From positions 928,001 through 992,000 of the forward strand of contig OZ255836.1 of NCBI GenBank assembly GCA_965277715.1: a stretch of DNA of 64,000 nt, in the 5' to 3' direction. The notes beneath the pieces were generated by a model. That model saw only the letters and a list, made by a program, of their open reading frames with translations. It was not told the DNA's origin and ran no database searches. Positions 61,217 through 64,000 of the stretch are shown piece after piece (position 1 is the stretch's first letter; the number at the start of each line of letters is the position of its first letter). The DNA is from Gammaproteobacteria bacterium (GTDB taxonomy: Bacteria; Pseudomonadota; Gammaproteobacteria; JBCCGL01). The translations under genes were made by a program, and so were the position numbers.

Positions 61217-62182
61217 GTGACGTATTCAAAAATAACAGGCACCGGCAGCTACCTGCCTGAGAAATGCCTGACCAACCATGATCTGGAGAAAATGGTCGAT
61301 ACCTCGGATGAATGGATTCACAGCAGAACCGGTATCAGCAAACGCCACATCGCAGCAGAAGGTGAGTTTACCGCAGACCTGGCCGAAGCAGCCGCTGGAA
61401 AAGCCATCGAAGCGGCGGGTATTCAGGCCAGCGACATTGACCTGATTGTCGTGGCGACCACCACCGCCGATAAAGTATTTCCCAGCACGGCCTGCCTGGT
61501 ACAGCATCGCTTAGGTATTCACGGTTGCCCGGCGTTTGATATTCAGGCGGTGTGCACCGGCTTTGTCTATGCCCTGGGTGTGGCTGATAAATTTGTCAAA
61601 ACCAATAGTGCCAAGTGTGCATTGGTTATTGGTGCAGAGACATTTTCACGCATTATCGACTGGACAGACCGCGATACCTGTGTGTTATTTGGCGATGGTG
61701 CTGGTGCGGTAATACTGCAAAACAGCGAAGAGGCGGGGATTCTCTCAACGCACTTACACGCTGATGGCGAGTACGTCGAGCTATTACACGTTCCCAAGGG
61801 CGTATCGCAGGGGTATTCGCTGAATCAGGAGGGGGCTTTTGTCACAATGCGTGGCAATGAAGTGTTCAAAATGGCGGTTAGAACGTTGGGTCGTATTGTC
61901 GATGAAACATTGCATGCCAACCACATGCAGAAAAGCGATGTCGACTGGTTAGTGCCGCACCAGGCCAATACACGCATTATCGAAGCGACCGCAAGAAAAC
62001 TTAAAATGCCAATGGAGCGCGTGGTGGTGACTGTGGCTGAACACGGCAATACATCGGCGGCATCGATTCCACTGGCACTGGATGTCGCCGTTCGGGATGG
62101 GCGTATAAAACGTGGAGAGGTACTATTGCTGGAGGGATTTGGGGGTGGCTTTACCTGGGGCTCAGCGTTGGTTAAATATTAG
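61217..62182 (+). CDS. fabH: Beta-ketoacyl-ACP synthase III
   Basis: [26 protein letters not shown]. Confidence 0.96.
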   Translation: MTYSKITGTGSYLPEKCLTNHDLEKMVDTSDEWIHSRTGISKRHIAAEGEFTADLAEAAAGKAIEAAGIQASDIDLIVVATTTADKVFPSTACLVQHRLGIHGCPAFDIQAVCTGFVYALGVADKFVKTNSAKCALVIGAETFSRIIDWTDRDTCVLFGDGAGAVILQNSEEAGILSTHLHADGEYVELLHVPKGVSQGYSLNQEGAFVTMRGNEVFKMAVRTLGRIVDETLHANHMQKSDVDWLVPHQANTRIIEATARKLKMPMERVVVTVAEHGNTSAASIPLALDVAVRDGRIKRGEVLLLEGFGGGFTWGSALVKY

Positions 62183-62287
62183 TATTGAAAACTAATAGTG
62201 CAGCACATTCATCGCTCCCGTATAAAACTGTCATTCAAGTAATCAAGCAAGCCGCAAATCCCCACTGGGTTATGATCTAATCGCCCC

Positions 62288-63535
62288 ATGTTACAGCCTT
62301 ACGAAATTTATATCGGCCTGCGCTATACACGTGCCAAGCGCCGCAATCACTTTATCTCATTTATCTCCCTGATTTCTATACTCGGTGTTGCGTTGGGGGT
62401 GACTGCGCTGATCACAGTGATGTCGGTGATGAATGGTTTTGAAAAAGAAGTGCGCGAGCGCATTCTCGGTATGGCTTCACATGCGGAAATTTCCCTTCGC
62501 AATGAGCCTATGCACGATTGGCAAACCCTGTCTGATTCCGCTGACCAGCACCCTTTGGTAGTAGGCGCTGCACCCTATGTGGAAGGCCAGGTGATGGTTA
62601 TCAATGGGCAGCAGGTCAGTGGTACATTGGTGCGCGGTATTGATCCAGCGCTGGAGCCGCGTGTCTCTGATATTAACGAAAAAATGATCGAGGGGCGCCT
62701 GGACGATCTTGAGGCGGGCGAATTCAACGTGATACTGGGCGAGGCACTGGCCAGTTTTCTAAATGTTGCCCCCGGTGACAAAATCACCGTGGTAGCGCCG
62801 CAGGCCAATATTACCCCGGCGGGGGTGTTGCCCCGCCTGAAACGTTTCACCGTCAGCGGTTTATTTAAAGTCGGTATGTTTGAGTACGACCGCTCACTGA
62901 TGCTATTTCACGCCAGTGATGCATCAAAATTACTGCGCTTGAAAGGCGGTGTCAGCGGTGTGCGGTTAAAGCTTAACGATATGTTTACATCGCGCCGGGT
63001 GGCACGGGATCTGGCATTGGAGCTCGGTGAGCAGTATTGGGTGTCTGACTGGACCCGCAAACACGCCAATTATTTTCGTGCAGTGCGCACAGAAAAAACC
63101 GTGATGTTTGTTATTTTGGCGTTGATTGTGGCCGTGGCCGCTTTCAACATTGTCTCGACACTGGTTATGGTGGTGACCGATAAACAATCGGATATCGCTA
63201 TATTGCGCACACTGGGCGCCAGCCCGCGCAGTATTATGTTGATATTCCTGGTGCAGGGCGCTGCCATTGGTGTATTTGGCATGTTACTGGGTTTGGTGGG
63301 CGGTATATCGCTGGCATTGAATGTCGAAACGATTGTGCCGTTTATTGAAGAATTGTTTGGCGCCCGTTTCCTCGATCCCAGTGTTTACTACATCAGCACG
63401 ATTCCATCGGATATGAAAATGACCGATGTCTACCGGGTATCGGGTATTGCTTTTGTCTTGACCCTATTGGCCACCTTATACCCCGCGTGGCGTGCGTCGC
63501 GTACCGATCCGGCTGAGGCTTTGCGCTATGAGTGA
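62288..63535 (+). CDS. lolC: Lipoprotein-releasing ABC permease (LolC/LolE)
   Basis: [41 protein letters not shown]. Confidence 0.92.
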   Translation: MLQPYEIYIGLRYTRAKRRNHFISFISLISILGVALGVTALITVMSVMNGFEKEVRERILGMASHAEISLRNEPMHDWQTLSDSADQHPLVVGAAPYVEGQVMVINGQQVSGTLVRGIDPALEPRVSDINEKMIEGRLDDLEAGEFNVILGEALASFLNVAPGDKITVVAPQANITPAGVLPRLKRFTVSGLFKVGMFEYDRSLMLFHASDASKLLRLKGGVSGVRLKLNDMFTSRRVARDLALELGEQYWVSDWTRKHANYFRAVRTEKTVMFVILALIVAVAAFNIVSTLVMVVTDKQSDIAILRTLGASPRSIMLIFLVQGAAIGVFGMLLGLVGGISLALNVETIVPFIEELFGARFLDPSVYYISTIPSDMKMTDVYRVSGIAFVLTLLATLYPAWRASRTDPAEALRYE

Positions 63536-64000
63536 TTCTGCGGCGGTTATCGAGGCCCGACAACTGGGTAAAGCCTTTTTTGAAATGAAAACCACCGTCT
63601 CGGTATTGCAGGGAGTCGATCTGTCGGTGCAGGCGGGTGAGCGCGTGGCGATTGTCGGCACTTCCGGCTCGGGTAAGAGCACCTTGCTGCATTTGCTGGG
63701 TGGGCTGGATCAACCGACTTCAGGTGAGGTATTTGTCGACGGGCAAAACCTCTCTGCCATGAGTACGACGGCACGCGGGCAGGTGCGCAATCAAAAATTA
63801 GGATTTATTTATCAATTCCACCATTTATTGGCGGAGTTTTCCTGCGTGGAAAATGTCGCAATGCCATTGCTGATTCGCGGCGAGCCTGTTGTTATGGCGC
63901 GGGAGCGGGCGGAATCACTGCTGGAGCGGGTTGGACTAGGGCAGCGGCTGGTACACAAACCGGGTGAATTGTCCGGTGGTGAACGCCAGCGTGCAGCGAT
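63528..64000 (+). CDS. lolD: Lipoprotein-releasing ABC ATP-binding protein (partial; runs off the window end)
   Basis: Manual translation: [51 protein letters not shown]. Confidence 0.93.
   Translation, partial: MSDSAAVIEARQLGKAFFEMKTTVSVLQGVDLSVQAGERVAIVGTSGSGKSTLLHLLGGLDQPTSGEVFVDGQNLSAMSTTARGQVRNQKLGFIYQFHHLLAEFSCVENVAMPLLIRGEPVVMARERAESLLERVGLGQRLVHKPGELSGGERQRAA

Overview
A 64-kb chromosomal window from what looks like a free-living, probably marine, gammaproteobacterium; this taxonomy is inferred from gene content. Most of it is housekeeping and metabolic DNA: yciO-scpA-scpB, rapA, avtA, a MocR regulator with mmsA, hinT, pduO, yadGH, an acyl-CoA ligase/ABC transporter cluster behind a LiuR-type operator, acetoacetate-CoA ligase, a tungsten-type aldehyde oxidoreductase, polyamine ABC plus aminotransferase, nrdR-rib-nusB-pgpA, maf, yceD-rpmF-plsX-fabH and lolC-lolD. 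Four accessory spots stand out. (1) At the left edge is an uncharacterised operon: a PAP2/vanadium-haloperoxidase-like protein with a Thr-Met repeat N-terminus, a SAM methyltransferase, and a truncated peptidase-M66-like ORF that the ORF track misses. (2) A ~2-kb AT-rich islet at 9231-11228 is bracketed by 19-bp direct repeats. It holds an intact RHH antitoxin, a nonsense-inactivated relE, a VOC gene, GTAG REP-like elements, an orphan type I-F CRISPR mini-array (3 repeats, 2 spacers, apparently intact leader, no cas genes in the window) and a nested palindrome. (3) A degraded hicBA pair lies at ~36.1-36.4 kb. (4) An intact hipBA-like module sits next to a decayed LysR gene. A proteasome-like Ntn hydrolase (BPH-like, Ser at position 1) is embedded in the riboflavin operon. 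All family calls come from motif recognition by eye; no database searches were run.
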